Shown: piece after piece, positions 41,680 to 51,677 of the stretch | How positions within the stretch are numbered: the first letter of the stretch is position 1 | How the letters are laid out: each line of letters starts with the position of its first letter | Virus record (IMG/VR): IMGVR_UViG_3300042402_002841 | Coordinates: 68,393 to 132,392 of that record | Source of the DNA: a virus | Reading direction: 5' to 3' (one strand) | DNA length: 64,000 nucleotides | Notes under the pieces: model-generated | Database searches by the model: none | Told to the model about the DNA's origin: nothing | The model's input: the letters and a program-made list of their open reading frames with translations, nothing else | Program-made: the position numbers and the translations under genes

Positions 41680-43170
41680 ATGGACAATCTCCCAATTATA
41701 AAAATTTCTATTGCTGGTTCTGGAACCGCTGGTTTAGTTTCTGCTCTTCTCATGAGGTCTGCATTCCCAGCAGCAGAAATAACTGTTGTTTCATCGTCTC
41801 AAATTGGAATTATTGGGGTTGGTGAAGGCAGTACTGAACACTGGCGCAACTTTATGGATTTATGCGAGATACCTGTTGAGGACCTTATTGTTGCAACCAA
41901 GGCGACTCATAAATATGGAATCAGATTTGAGGGCTGGACAACACACACGCCTGATTATTTTCATAGCGTTTCTAGTGTTGATGATATTTTTGCTCATCAG
42001 TATTACGCAACATATTTAGGTCATATTGAACGAAAAAAAATGATTACGAGCCAAACTGCGAGCATCGGCCTAATTAGGGACAAAATTAACAGAAACAATC
42101 TGCATCACTCAACTAATCAGTATCATTTTGATACCCACAAATTAAATGAATTTCTAGTAAGTCTTGCTTTTAAGAGAAATATTAGATTTATTGATGATGA
42201 AATTGAAAGTGTAGAAGTTTCAGAATCTGGAATCAATTCGGTAACAATGAAATCTGGATTTGTTCTTGATGGTGATTTTTGGATTGATGCCACTGGTTTT
42301 AAGCGTGTTTTAATTAAAGAACTGTCAGACATGAAATGGGAGTCTTTTTCAGATTATCTACTGTGCGATAGGGCGGTTGTTTTCCAAACACCAAGCGACC
42401 CAAGTGGAAAAATCAAATCATACACACGGGCTAGAGCCGCTTCTGCTGGCTGGGTGTTTGAAATACCCACCCAAGAGCGTCGTGGTAATGGTTATGTATT
42501 TTCATCAAAACACATCACTGATGAGGAAGCCAAAAAAGAACTGTCAGAAATGACTGGTTATGATGCTTCAGAAGCAAGGGTTATTAGTTTTGATGCGGGA
42601 TATATTAAAGAGCCGTGGGTTAAAAACTGTTGCGCCATTGGATTGTCTTCCTCCTTTGTAGAGCCACTAGAAGCAACAAGTATCGGAAGCACGATTCAGC
42701 AAGTAAAAATGCTTATACCTTCATTGGCTTCTTTTAATAAAAAAACATCTAAATCTCAGAGAGTTTACAATAAAAACTTTTCAGTAATGATGAACAATTT
42801 GCTCACCATGATTCGCTTGCACTACTACAGCGACAGAGTGGATACAGACTTTTGGCGAGACATGAAGGAAATGCCAGTCAACGAAACTCTTCAAGACATG
42901 ATTGATATCTGGGGAGAACGCGGTCCAACTAGAGATGATTTTTCAAATTACTATTTCAACCTTTTTGGTCCAGCACATTTTACTCATGTCGCTCAAGGGC
43001 AAGGGCTGTTTAATCCAGAATCATGCGGGCTTGCTCTGGAAAGAATGGAAATAAGAACTGTAGTAGAAAAAGAAATCGCCAACCAGAGGCATTACAGAAT
43101 TGCTCATGAATTGGTTGACCACGCTCAGGCCCTTAAAGAACTAGAGGAAGCAGACGGTGATTGGCAATGA
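41680..43170 (+). CDS. Flavin-dependent tryptophan halogenase-like protein (PrnA family)
   Basis: GSGTAG FAD loop, IGVGEGST, ATHKYGI (catalytic Lys position), IDATGF, GWVFEIP and FVEPLEATS. Confidence 0.88.
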   Translation: MDNLPIIKISIAGSGTAGLVSALLMRSAFPAAEITVVSSSQIGIIGVGEGSTEHWRNFMDLCEIPVEDLIVATKATHKYGIRFEGWTTHTPDYFHSVSSVDDIFAHQYYATYLGHIERKKMITSQTASIGLIRDKINRNNLHHSTNQYHFDTHKLNEFLVSLAFKRNIRFIDDEIESVEVSESGINSVTMKSGFVLDGDFWIDATGFKRVLIKELSDMKWESFSDYLLCDRAVVFQTPSDPSGKIKSYTRARAASAGWVFEIPTQERRGNGYVFSSKHITDEEAKKELSEMTGYDASEARVISFDAGYIKEPWVKNCCAIGLSSSFVEPLEATSIGSTIQQVKMLIPSLASFNKKTSKSQRVYNKNFSVMMNNLLTMIRLHYYSDRVDTDFWRDMKEMPVNETLQDMIDIWGERGPTRDDFSNYYFNLFGPAHFTHVAQGQGLFNPESCGLALERMEIRTVVEKEIANQRHYRIAHELVDHAQALKELEEADGDWQ

Positions 43171-43949
43171 AAAAAGAAAAGATTAAACCAGGACAAATAA
43201 GAATTACGCCATCAGACAACCGCTTGTTGACAATGCCTCCCCATGTGAATGCAATCAACAACCCTCCTTCTTGGTTTTCAAAAATCAGTAAAGAGCGAGG
43301 CTCTATTAGGAGATGCGCTGGAACCATTGACATGTTGTCTGCAGGGATAACAATTCCGTGCTGGACAAATTTTGACTTTAAACTGGATGACAAAACAAAA
43401 ACATGGGAGACAAGAGGTTCTAATTTTGGTGGCACGAGAGGCCACCAGGATGTTGGGGCTATAGAACATTTTCCATATCAATCAGTTGGCGAATGTCCAA
43501 TTTCATCTATTAGAAAAGTAGAAAATTCTTTTTATCCGAAATTAATTAATCCATGGAAAATAGAAACAGCACCAGGTTGGTCTATTTTACAGATGCCTAT
43601 CTATTGGGAACCAAACGAAAATTACACAATTCTTCCAGCAATTATTCATACAGACTTTTACCACACTGCAAATATAGTTTTGAATTTAACCTCAGATAAG
43701 CCGTTTACTATCAAATACGGAACTCCTTTGGTACAGATAATTCCGTTTAAAAGAGATTCAGATTTTGAATCTATAATATTTGAAGACGAATCAAATTTTA
43801 AATATGTTGATTCTACTGGTTTTGGTTTTGGTCACATTTTTCCTACAAACGGAACTTCTGGTCCCTATAGGAGAGAAAAAATGCGAATTGACGAAGAATT
43901 GGCTAATCAGAAACAGTCTTTAGTTGACAAGATTTTGAGGAGAAAATAA
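43167..43949 (+). CDS. Beta-rich protein of a family often found beside phage oxygenases (DUF6065-like)
   Basis: PSWF..., IRRCAG..D...G..IP.W, KLINPW.IETAPGWS, IHTD and GTPLVQIIPFKR. Confidence 0.55.
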   Translation: MKKEKIKPGQIRITPSDNRLLTMPPHVNAINNPPSWFSKISKERGSIRRCAGTIDMLSAGITIPCWTNFDFKLDDKTKTWETRGSNFGGTRGHQDVGAIEHFPYQSVGECPISSIRKVENSFYPKLINPWKIETAPGWSILQMPIYWEPNENYTILPAIIHTDFYHTANIVLNLTSDKPFTIKYGTPLVQIIPFKRDSDFESIIFEDESNFKYVDSTGFGFGHIFPTNGTSGPYRREKMRIDEELANQKQSLVDKILRRK

Positions 43950-44207
43950 ATGAACACAGAAGACCAACTTGCTGCACTGGAAAGAACAAAGAATCTTATT
44001 GAAAAAGAGTTGTATACGCAGTTAATGTTTTTAGGCATTGACCCTGATTCTTTCTCTACTGACGAATTTGATTCTAATGCTTTTCTTGCATCCGCTCCAG
44101 AAAACCCGACAAACTTTGAGTGGCTTGCATATCTTGCTATCGCTAGATTTGTCCCCAGACTAAAAACGGCAGAAAGCCAAATCTTGGAGATTTCTAATGA
44201 AGTTTGA
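43950..44207 (+). CDS. Small protein, paralogue of 40426..40662
   Basis: LYTQLMFLGIDPDSF; GAGGAG RBS. Confidence 0.6.
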   Translation: MNTEDQLAALERTKNLIEKELYTQLMFLGIDPDSFSTDEFDSNAFLASAPENPTNFEWLAYLAIARFVPRLKTAESQILEISNEV

Positions 44208-44856
44208 TGAGGAAACACTTTTACGAAATGTACCAGTAAGCCATTTTGGTGTTTTTTTGCTTTTTAAGGCTATATGGGTAAACGAATCAGAGGACGAGAG
44301 CGTCGGCTCAAGCCGCTGTGACAATCTTGATTATGGCGGTGTTCCTGTTACTCATGGCACCTCTTATCAGGACGAATCATTAAACGCTGGATTGGCTTCC
44401 AAGGCTTCAGAATTCACTCTTGCTGTCACCAATATTAAAAGATACGAGCATGTCATTGAAGCGATACCCAACTATTACATCACCTATATGGAGATTGTGA
44501 AAACAGTAAATGGTGTAGAAATAATTGGAGTGTCCATAGAGGACGACCCAACCCCTCAAATGATGTGGGTGGGAAAGAATTTTCACCAGTTGCTTAAGAT
44601 TATGCGTGAGTGGTCATTCATGCTGGACGAGCCTTTCAACTCTGACCATCCAATGGCTGAATACTCAAAGAAGTTCTTTGACCACACTCAACCTCCCCAA
44701 AACATCCTGGACGAGATAGATTCATACCCAGATATGCAGTTGGCTAAATTCTTAAAAGGCCAAGACGACTATCGCAAGATTCCAGAATTCCCAGACATGT
44801 CGGAAGACATGAAGCAATGGGTTTTAGAAATAGCAGAACAGCACGGACCTCAATGA
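44197..44856 (+). CDS. Hypothetical protein
   Basis: 219-aa ORF with GGAG RBS. Confidence 0.65.
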   Translation: MKFDEETLLRNVPVSHFGVFLLFKAIWVNESEDESVGSSRCDNLDYGGVPVTHGTSYQDESLNAGLASKASEFTLAVTNIKRYEHVIEAIPNYYITYMEIVKTVNGVEIIGVSIEDDPTPQMMWVGKNFHQLLKIMREWSFMLDEPFNSDHPMAEYSKKFFDHTQPPQNILDEIDSYPDMQLAKFLKGQDDYRKIPEFPDMSEDMKQWVLEIAEQHGPQ

Positions 44857-45224
44857 CAACTATTGAAGAACAAATGCGAAAATCATTCTTTGACCATTTC
44901 TTCAACGGGGAAGAAGTTGAAATACTTGAAAAGACTCCTAATAACAAAATTATTAGCACCATAAAAACCATGGGTCGTAAAGAATATTGGACCCGAGTAA
45001 ATCTTATTGAGGCATATGGGTTCACAATTAGAATTTCTATTATCTTTCCAGGTTTGCTTTTTAACAAATCGTGGTGGTGGCTTTATATTTTTGCAATTAT
45101 TGCTAGTTTTCTTTTGATTTGGACATCAACCAAAAAAACTCTGCCAACAATTATTTTATTCAATATGATGTGGATTGTTCTTTCTGTTCTTTTTATCACT
45201 AAACACTTTTGGTGGGGCCAATGA
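44853..45224 (+). CDS. Small multi-pass membrane protein
   Basis: Three hydrophobic segments; ATGA overlaps at both ends. Confidence 0.6.
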   Translation: MTTIEEQMRKSFFDHFFNGEEVEILEKTPNNKIISTIKTMGRKEYWTRVNLIEAYGFTIRISIIFPGLLFNKSWWWLYIFAIIASFLLIWTSTKKTLPTIILFNMMWIVLSVLFITKHFWWGQ

Positions 45225-46288
45225 GATTCCATGTAGTTTCTCTTCCGCATACAAATACAACCAAAGATTTTACGGCTTGTGCCTATACGGAGAAGGTCCG
45301 CAAGTTCTGCATCATGATGAAGAACCTCGGACATACCGTGTATCTATATGCAGGCGAGCATAACGAAGCGCCGTGCGATGAACACATTGTGTGCATTACC
45401 GAAGAACAGCGTCTTGAGGTTGTCGGAAACAATCACTACTCGGCTGCATCCTTTGACTGGAACCTTCCTCACTGGAAATCCTTCAATAGCAATGTCATTA
45501 AAGGTATTCAAGAACGCCTAGAGCACAAAGACTTTATTTGTCTTATTGCTGGTTACGCCTCAAAGCCGATTGCTGACGCATTTCCTAGCGAGTTGAGCGT
45601 GGAGTTCGGAATTGGATATGGCGGTTCCTTCGCCCCCTACAAGGTATTTGAATCCTACGCATGGATGCACTCCTGCTACGGCTCAAAGGTAACCGACCCA
45701 CATGCTCTTGATGGCAAGTTCTATGACGCAGTAATACCGAGTTACATAGAAGTAGAAGACTTTCCAACACAATCAGAGCCAGATGATTACTACCTGTACA
45801 TCGGGCGACTAATTGAGCGCAAGGGCTACCAGATAGCCGTAGATGTCTGTAAACATCTGGGTAAACGCTTAATAATCGCAGGTCACGGAACACCACCCGA
45901 GTACGGTGAATATGTCGGTGTTGTAGGAACCGAAGAGCGAGCCAAACTCATGGGTGGAGCAATCGCTACATTTACTCCAACTATCTATGTAGAGCCTTTT
46001 GGAACCGTTGCCGTAGAGGCTATGGCATGCGGGTCACCTGTCATCTCCACGGACTGGGGCGCTTTTACTGAGACCGTAATAGATGGGGTGACTGGCTTTA
46101 GGTGTCGTACAATGCAAGATTTTGTAGACGCCGCTGAACAAGTCAAAAAACTAGACAGAAACCTTATTGGCGAGTATTCAAAAAAACGCTATGGTCTAGA
46201 CGCGGTTGGGTTTATGTATGAAGTTTACTTTACTCGCCTTCAAAGCCTATGGGGTAAAGGTTTTTATGAACTGAGAGAAGTAGAATAG
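45221..46288 (+). CDS. Glycosyltransferase, GT4 / GT-B fold
   Basis: YLYIGRL..RKG and EPFGTVAVEAMACGSPVI. Confidence 0.9.
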   Translation: MRFHVVSLPHTNTTKDFTACAYTEKVRKFCIMMKNLGHTVYLYAGEHNEAPCDEHIVCITEEQRLEVVGNNHYSAASFDWNLPHWKSFNSNVIKGIQERLEHKDFICLIAGYASKPIADAFPSELSVEFGIGYGGSFAPYKVFESYAWMHSCYGSKVTDPHALDGKFYDAVIPSYIEVEDFPTQSEPDDYYLYIGRLIERKGYQIAVDVCKHLGKRLIIAGHGTPPEYGEYVGVVGTEERAKLMGGAIATFTPTIYVEPFGTVAVEAMACGSPVISTDWGAFTETVIDGVTGFRCRTMQDFVDAAEQVKKLDRNLIGEYSKKRYGLDAVGFMYEVYFTRLQSLWGKGFYELREVE

Positions 46289-46292
46289 ATAT

Positions 46293-46661
46293 ATGGCTAC
46301 ATTTACAAAACAAAAATTAAGCGAAGACTCGTCGGGTATAGGGTTTGCCCTTGTTGATGGAGTACCCCTAATTGCCCATACAACTCCTATTTCTTCTTCT
46401 ATTTTTGATGAAGTGTGGCTGTATGTAGCGAATAAAAGTTTTACCAACCCAGGAATTATTCAACTTAACATGACAACAGATGAGAATTTTATAAGCACTT
46501 TTGTTCAAGTTCCAGTATTGTCAGGAATGTTTTTATTAATACCTGGATTAGTTCTAACTGGAAATGGAACAGAAGGTTCCACCGTTACAGTTACAGACAT
46601 GACTGGTTTATTTGAAGACGCTTTATCGGTCTATGGGTATGTGAATAGGATTACGCCATGA
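46293..46661 (+). CDS. Small fibre-associated protein
   Basis: IAHT...DEVWLY...LIPGLVL...VYGYVNRI. Confidence 0.6.
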   Translation: MATFTKQKLSEDSSGIGFALVDGVPLIAHTTPISSSIFDEVWLYVANKSFTNPGIIQLNMTTDENFISTFVQVPVLSGMFLLIPGLVLTGNGTEGSTVTVTDMTGLFEDALSVYGYVNRITP

Positions 46662-47269
46662 CCAGTCGCGACCCTGCTGTTGCAAATGTTGCATCAGATA
46701 TTTCTAATCTCAACAATCGTCTTGGCATTGCGGAATCTTATGTATCCAACAATACATTTACATACAAGGTCGGAGATACTGGACCAGGCGGTGGTATTAT
46801 TTTCTTTGTTGATAGATTTAATGAATATGCTGGCTTCACCTATTTGGAAGTAGCACCCTCTAGTACTGAAGTTGCAAGAAGTTGGGCCACTAATATTAAT
46901 TCAAATCAGACAACATCTGTCACTGGTGCTGATTCGCGAGCCTTAGGTGGTGGTCATCAAAATACAATAGATATCGTTAATCAGTCTGGTAATGTTGCCG
47001 CAACCTGTGCCGCCGCCTATTGCGCCGACTTAACATCAGGAGGTCAATCCGATTGGTACCTGCCATCACTAGCGGAGTTGGTTCTCATCTATAGGGTTGT
47101 TCATTTAGATTTAGGTACTGGTAGTTTTTTAAACTCTAACTACTGGGCTTCTACTGAATCCCCTGCTAGTCCAGACGGTGCCGCTGTTGTTGGTTTCATT
47201 TCTGGAGGCGCGGCTATTAACACCGCTAAAAGTACTAGCGCCAGAGTTCGTGCAATAAGAAGATTCTAG
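46658..47269 (+). CDS. DUF1566/Lcl-like C-type-lectin-fold receptor-binding protein
   Basis: VGDTGPGGGIIF, YLEVAP, DWYLPSLAEL, YWASTE and RVRAIRRF. Confidence 0.75.
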   Translation: MTSRDPAVANVASDISNLNNRLGIAESYVSNNTFTYKVGDTGPGGGIIFFVDRFNEYAGFTYLEVAPSSTEVARSWATNINSNQTTSVTGADSRALGGGHQNTIDIVNQSGNVAATCAAAYCADLTSGGQSDWYLPSLAELVLIYRVVHLDLGTGSFLNSNYWASTESPASPDGAAVVGFISGGAAINTAKSTSARVRAIRRF

Positions 47270-47368
47270 TGAATCCAAAATAAAATAGGAGTAATGTTTC
47301 AAAACTCTTTACATCGTTACCCTCGCTTAAATAGTAAAATTATGCTGTAAGTAGCGCTTGGAGTGTAA

Positions 47369-48085
47369 ATGCCTATAAAACTTTTTCAAGACGGTCAGGT
47401 GCTTGACGCAGCAGATGTGAACACCTACTTCATGGACCAGGCTCTTGTTGTCTTTGATGATGTTACCGACAGAACCAACGCTTTTGGTGGTTCGGGTGAA
47501 CCAGAACTTAAAGAAGGAAGAATTTCCTTTTTAAAAAGCGACAAAACTCTTTACATATATTTGAATGAAGTTCCAGGGACTGGGTTGCCAGGATGGACTC
47601 CTCAGTTGGCAAACATTGAAGATGGAAGCATCACTTCAGCCAAAATTTTTAACGGCACAATCGTTAATGCCGACATCAGCCCATCTGCCGACATCGCGTT
47701 ATCAAAACTCGCAATTGGCTCTCTGCCGACCGACATTACTATTTCTTCTGCAAACATTGTTAACGGCACGATTGTGGATGCAGACATTAATTCATCAGCC
47801 GCAATAGCGCTTACAAAACTTGGCGTAGGTGCACTGCCTACGGGTATAACTATTGCTTCTGCAAATATTGTTAATGAAACTATTGTCAACGACGACATAA
47901 GCCCAACAGCCGCAATCGCTCAGTCAAAAATTTCTGGCCTTAGCACATCTCTTGCAGCAAAACTTGATGCTACAGCAACCGCTGTAGATTCTGAAAAAAT
48001 TGATGGTCGTACAGTTTTTGTGCAAGAAGAAGAACCAACAGCACTTGCAATTGGAGATATCTGGTTTCAAGTAGTAGGACTCTAG
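47369..48085 (+). CDS. Fibre-like protein with about 37-aa repeats
   Basis: Three I.NGTIV.ADI...A.IA.SK-like units; ends P.ALAIGDIWF. Confidence 0.65.
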   Translation: MPIKLFQDGQVLDAADVNTYFMDQALVVFDDVTDRTNAFGGSGEPELKEGRISFLKSDKTLYIYLNEVPGTGLPGWTPQLANIEDGSITSAKIFNGTIVNADISPSADIALSKLAIGSLPTDITISSANIVNGTIVDADINSSAAIALTKLGVGALPTGITIASANIVNETIVNDDISPTAAIAQSKISGLSTSLAAKLDATATAVDSEKIDGRTVFVQEEEPTALAIGDIWFQVVGL

Positions 48086-48086
48086 A

Positions 48087-49409
48087 ATGTCTATTTTTTG
48101 GGGTGATTGGGATTATCAAAACGATAACCCATCGCTTAACGGAATGCGTGTTGGTAGCACGGTTACATGGTCTGCAGTATCACACACATCCACTTCAGTG
48201 ACGGCAACAGTAAAAATTTACACTGAAAATAGATTTAGATACACTAATGACACTCAAAAACTTAGTTACAACTGGACTACAAACACAAAAACATTTGTAA
48301 ACAATCAAGGAACAGACACGAGTGGTGGCGGCGCAGTATTGCGTGACACTCAAGAATGGACATACACATATCCTACTGACTCCTACCACACGAGTCCTGG
48401 TACTGCATTTTTTAATTCATTTCTTAGTGAAACTACAAATGGTGTTACGCCGTTTGTTTATCATTGGCTTGCCATTCCAGCAAGACCAGCAGACTATCCA
48501 ACACCCCCAACGAGTGTTACATCTACTCCAGGAAACGGAATTGTAACGATTGGTTTTGGAGCACCAACAGACAATGGCGGAGTAGCGATTAGTTACTACG
48601 AATATAAAATAAATGACGATACTGGTTATACAACAATTGAAACAAATCCATTCAATGTTAATGGCTTCAACGGGAATCCGTTAACCGTTAGTATTCGTGC
48701 AGTTAACGGAGCATTCCTTGCTAGTCCAACCGCAAGCGCAACTAGCACTCCTCGCACAGTTCCAGGAGTTCCAACAAATGTTACATCAACCCCATCAAAC
48801 GGATTATTGACAATAAGTTATGGTGCTCCAACTTCTGATGGTGGAAATGCTGTTTCTTCTTATCAATTTTCAACAGATGGAACTAACTATTCAACTGTAT
48901 CAACTAATCCATTTACCGTTTCTGGGACAAACGGAACTGCGATTACAGTTAGAGTTCGCGCCGTCAACGCCGCTGGCGCTGGTGCTGCAGCAAGTACAAC
49001 AAACACTCCTCGTACCGTTGCTGGTGCACCAACATCTTTTGCTGGCAACAGTTCGGTATTTGGGCAAATTGCACTATCTTGGGGAGCGCCAACTAGTAAC
49101 GGTGGCGCAACAATTACTTCCTACATATTGCGTAACGGAAGCACAATCCTTCAAAGCGCTAACTTAACTTCTTTTACTCACACTGGTTTGTTGCCTTACG
49201 AAGAATATTCATACACGGTAACTGCAGTTAATGCTTCTGGAGAAGGAAACATATCTTCTCTAACAATAAGAACACTAGGTGGAATAGCAAAGGTTTGGAA
49301 CGGAACATCATGGGTAAATGTTCTTCCTAAAATCTGGAATGAAACAGAGTGGGTTGATGCTCAGGCTCGGATGTGGAATGAAACAGAAGAGTGGAAACAC
49401 GGTATTTAA
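48087..49409 (+). CDS. Fibronectin type III repeat virion protein
   Basis: Three P.APT.NGG..I..Y...(V/I)RAVN..G units. Confidence 0.8.
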   Translation: MSIFWGDWDYQNDNPSLNGMRVGSTVTWSAVSHTSTSVTATVKIYTENRFRYTNDTQKLSYNWTTNTKTFVNNQGTDTSGGGAVLRDTQEWTYTYPTDSYHTSPGTAFFNSFLSETTNGVTPFVYHWLAIPARPADYPTPPTSVTSTPGNGIVTIGFGAPTDNGGVAISYYEYKINDDTGYTTIETNPFNVNGFNGNPLTVSIRAVNGAFLASPTASATSTPRTVPGVPTNVTSTPSNGLLTISYGAPTSDGGNAVSSYQFSTDGTNYSTVSTNPFTVSGTNGTAITVRVRAVNAAGAGAAASTTNTPRTVAGAPTSFAGNSSVFGQIALSWGAPTSNGGATITSYILRNGSTILQSANLTSFTHTGLLPYEEYSYTVTAVNASGEGNISSLTIRTLGGIAKVWNGTSWVNVLPKIWNETEWVDAQARMWNETEEWKHGI

Positions 49410-49451
49410 TTTAATTAAACTATTTACGGATACTTGCTGTATATTGTCTAT

Positions 49452-49694
49452 ATGAACCCATGGCAAGAATGGAAAAAAAGAAACGCCGAGCGTCAGTCTC
49501 AGGGAAAAGTTTCTCCAACAGATTTTTTAAATCCCGAGACAGAATATGCACCAGTTGAGGTGATTGGTCGCAGAATAAAAATTTGTGAAGACTGTGACCA
49601 ATATCTAGCAACTAAACAATGTAAAGAATGTGGCTGTTTTATGCCGTTAAAAACGCGACTACAGATGGCTTCATGTCCTTTGGGTAAATGGTAA
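49452..49694 (+). CDS. Small Cys-rich metal-binding protein
   Basis: ICEDC...QCKECGCFM..K......CPLGKW; leaderless start. Confidence 0.65.
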   Translation: MNPWQEWKKRNAERQSQGKVSPTDFLNPETEYAPVEVIGRRIKICEDCDQYLATKQCKECGCFMPLKTRLQMASCPLGKW

Positions 49695-49736
49695 ATCTTT
49701 CCCCGTGCTAAAATTGACTGAGCACGGGGGTGTGGT

Positions 49737-51506
49737 TTGTATAGGTCAAGGTTTTATCGGCTATTGGTATTTTCGCCGTTAATACTCTTACTATTTATTT
49801 CTTCACCCGTATCTGCTGAGTCTGGTTTAACAGTAACTGTTTACAACAATTTTGGTTACAACAACGCCCCACCATTACCAAACGAGTCTGGAAGACCAGT
49901 GGTTGGAACCACGACAGTTTCAAGGGTTGAGCAAAACTTTGACCAAAGTCCGCCGTTCGGAATGTATGAAGACTTCATTGTTCGCTACGAGGGTTATATA
50001 ACTTCACCAGTTTCTGGTTCTTTTAGGTTCTGGCCTCAAGGCGATGATGGAACACGACTCTATATAGATGATGTCCTTGTCCAAGATGATTGGCGAGACA
50101 AGGGTGGTGGTGGAACACTGTCAAGTTATGTTGATTTTGAGGCTGGAGTATCTAAGAAATTTGAAATGTGGTTCTATGAAAACGGTGGGGGTGCGTGGAC
50201 CACGCTTTATTGGGACATTGGTCAAGGATGGGAAGTGGTCCCAGATAGTGCTTTTACTCAACAGGTAGCACCAACCACAACCACGACTATCGCTCCGTAT
50301 CTAAATAACCCGCAAAACCTTGTGGTCACATCTACCGATGAAACAAAGGTCTATTTGTCTTGGGATGCTCCAGAACAGTCAAATGCTGATGTTGAAAGAT
50401 ATGCGGTTTTTTGGTCTTGCGATAATTGGGTATCTGGGTATGCCATACCTTCATTGACAAATTTTGCCATAATTGAAAATTTTGAACCTGAACAATCCTG
50501 TCTGTTCAAAGTAAGAGCAGACAATGACTCAATTCCTGTTTACTCTGGCTGGAGTAATGAAGTTAACGGCATAACATTGCCTACAACTACAACTACAACT
50601 ACCCTGCCAGAACCAGAGCCTGTTCCAACAACTATTCCTGTACCCCCCACATTCCCGCCAGTAGATACGGAGGAGCCAGTTGAGACACCCCCGAGCCAAA
50701 GTGATACCGAAGGCGATGAACCCGCCGCCTCGGTACCACAATATGCCGAAGAACAAGAGACACCAACGGAAGAAGAACCAGTAGTTTCAGCAACTGAAGA
50801 AGCAGTAGCAGAGATTGATACAACGGAAGTTTCAGCCGATGATTTAGCAAATGTGGTTTCTGAGATTCTTTCCGACATTGAAAGTCCTGAAGAACTTGGC
50901 TCTGTTGTAAGCGCAATTCTAGATAAGCCTCTTACAGACGAACAGTTTGCATCCGTTATTGACGAGGTTCTATCTGAGCCGCTTTCAACAGAAGAACTTT
51001 CTGCTGTTCTTAATGCAGTTTTTGACGAACCTTTATCAGATGAAAAGTTTGATTCGGTAATTGATGCCGTTCTTGACCAGCCACTTTCTGATGAGCAATT
51101 TACTGAAGTTGTTGGAATCTTGGAAAGCGACACTGTTACTGAAGAGCAAGTCGCCAGTGCAGTTGATGCAGTTTTGGAATTGGGAATCACCGAAGACCAA
51201 GCAACAGAACTTGCTACAAGTGAAAAGGTTTTGCAGAGCATTGACGGCGAGCAGGCTACTGAAGTTTTTGCCTCCATTGATATTGGAGAAGTAACTGTAG
51301 AAGAAGCGGCTGAAATTGTTAATGCGGTTCAAGAAGCACCTACTGAAGTTAGAGATGCTTTTGAAGAAGAAATCAATGTATTTGAAGGAGCAGTTGACTC
51401 CTATGTTCCGCTTGGCTCTTCAGTTCCAGTTAGCACTCGTCGTGTCATAATTGGTATGAGCGCTGTTGTTCTTTTTAGTGCCCCTGTACCTGTATCTAGG
51501 AGATAA
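49737..51506 (+). CDS. Exported membrane-anchored protein: PA14 + FN3 + Thr/Pro linker + acidic repeats
   Basis: Signal peptide (VSA), PA14 motifs DDGTRLYID and YENGGGA, an FN3 domain, 17-aa PL(S/T)DE.F repeats and a C-terminal hydrophobic segment. Confidence 0.8.
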   Translation: MYRSRFYRLLVFSPLILLLFISSPVSAESGLTVTVYNNFGYNNAPPLPNESGRPVVGTTTVSRVEQNFDQSPPFGMYEDFIVRYEGYITSPVSGSFRFWPQGDDGTRLYIDDVLVQDDWRDKGGGGTLSSYVDFEAGVSKKFEMWFYENGGGAWTTLYWDIGQGWEVVPDSAFTQQVAPTTTTTIAPYLNNPQNLVVTSTDETKVYLSWDAPEQSNADVERYAVFWSCDNWVSGYAIPSLTNFAIIENFEPEQSCLFKVRADNDSIPVYSGWSNEVNGITLPTTTTTTTLPEPEPVPTTIPVPPTFPPVDTEEPVETPPSQSDTEGDEPAASVPQYAEEQETPTEEEPVVSATEEAVAEIDTTEVSADDLANVVSEILSDIESPEELGSVVSAILDKPLTDEQFASVIDEVLSEPLSTEELSAVLNAVFDEPLSDEKFDSVIDAVLDQPLSDEQFTEVVGILESDTVTEEQVASAVDAVLELGITEDQATELATSEKVLQSIDGEQATEVFASIDIGEVTVEEAAEIVNAVQEAPTEVRDAFEEEINVFEGAVDSYVPLGSSVPVSTRRVIIGMSAVVLFSAPVPVSRR

Positions 51507-51509
51507 TGA

Positions 51510-51677
51510 ATGTTTAAAAATTTGAAAGACAATCTCAGCGACTTGGCGTGGACGCTTGGTGGCACTGGTCTTGTATTGATAACCCTGAGTGGTGATACTC
51601 AAAAATGGGGTATATGGATATCTCTTGGCTCTTTAACCGTTTATTTACTTGGAATGTTAATTAAGGATGATGAATAA
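51510..51677 (+). CDS. Small two-TM membrane protein (55 aa, below the ORF-track cut-off)
   Basis: MFKNLKDNLSDLAWTLGGTGLVLITLSG...WGIWISLGSLTVYLLGMLIKDDE; AGGAG RBS; TAATG coupling to the next gene. Confidence 0.6.
   Translation: MFKNLKDNLSDLAWTLGGTGLVLITLSGDTQKWGIWISLGSLTVYLLGMLIKDDE

Noticed and set aside
44388-44400. GLAS in the 44197..44856 protein
   Set aside because: A single copy without the Arg/Gly-rich linker context is compatible with chance.
46658-47368. Complete diversity-generating retroelement
   Set aside because: No reverse transcriptase, accessory gene, template repeat or downstream hairpin was found in the window; kept only as a candidate target.
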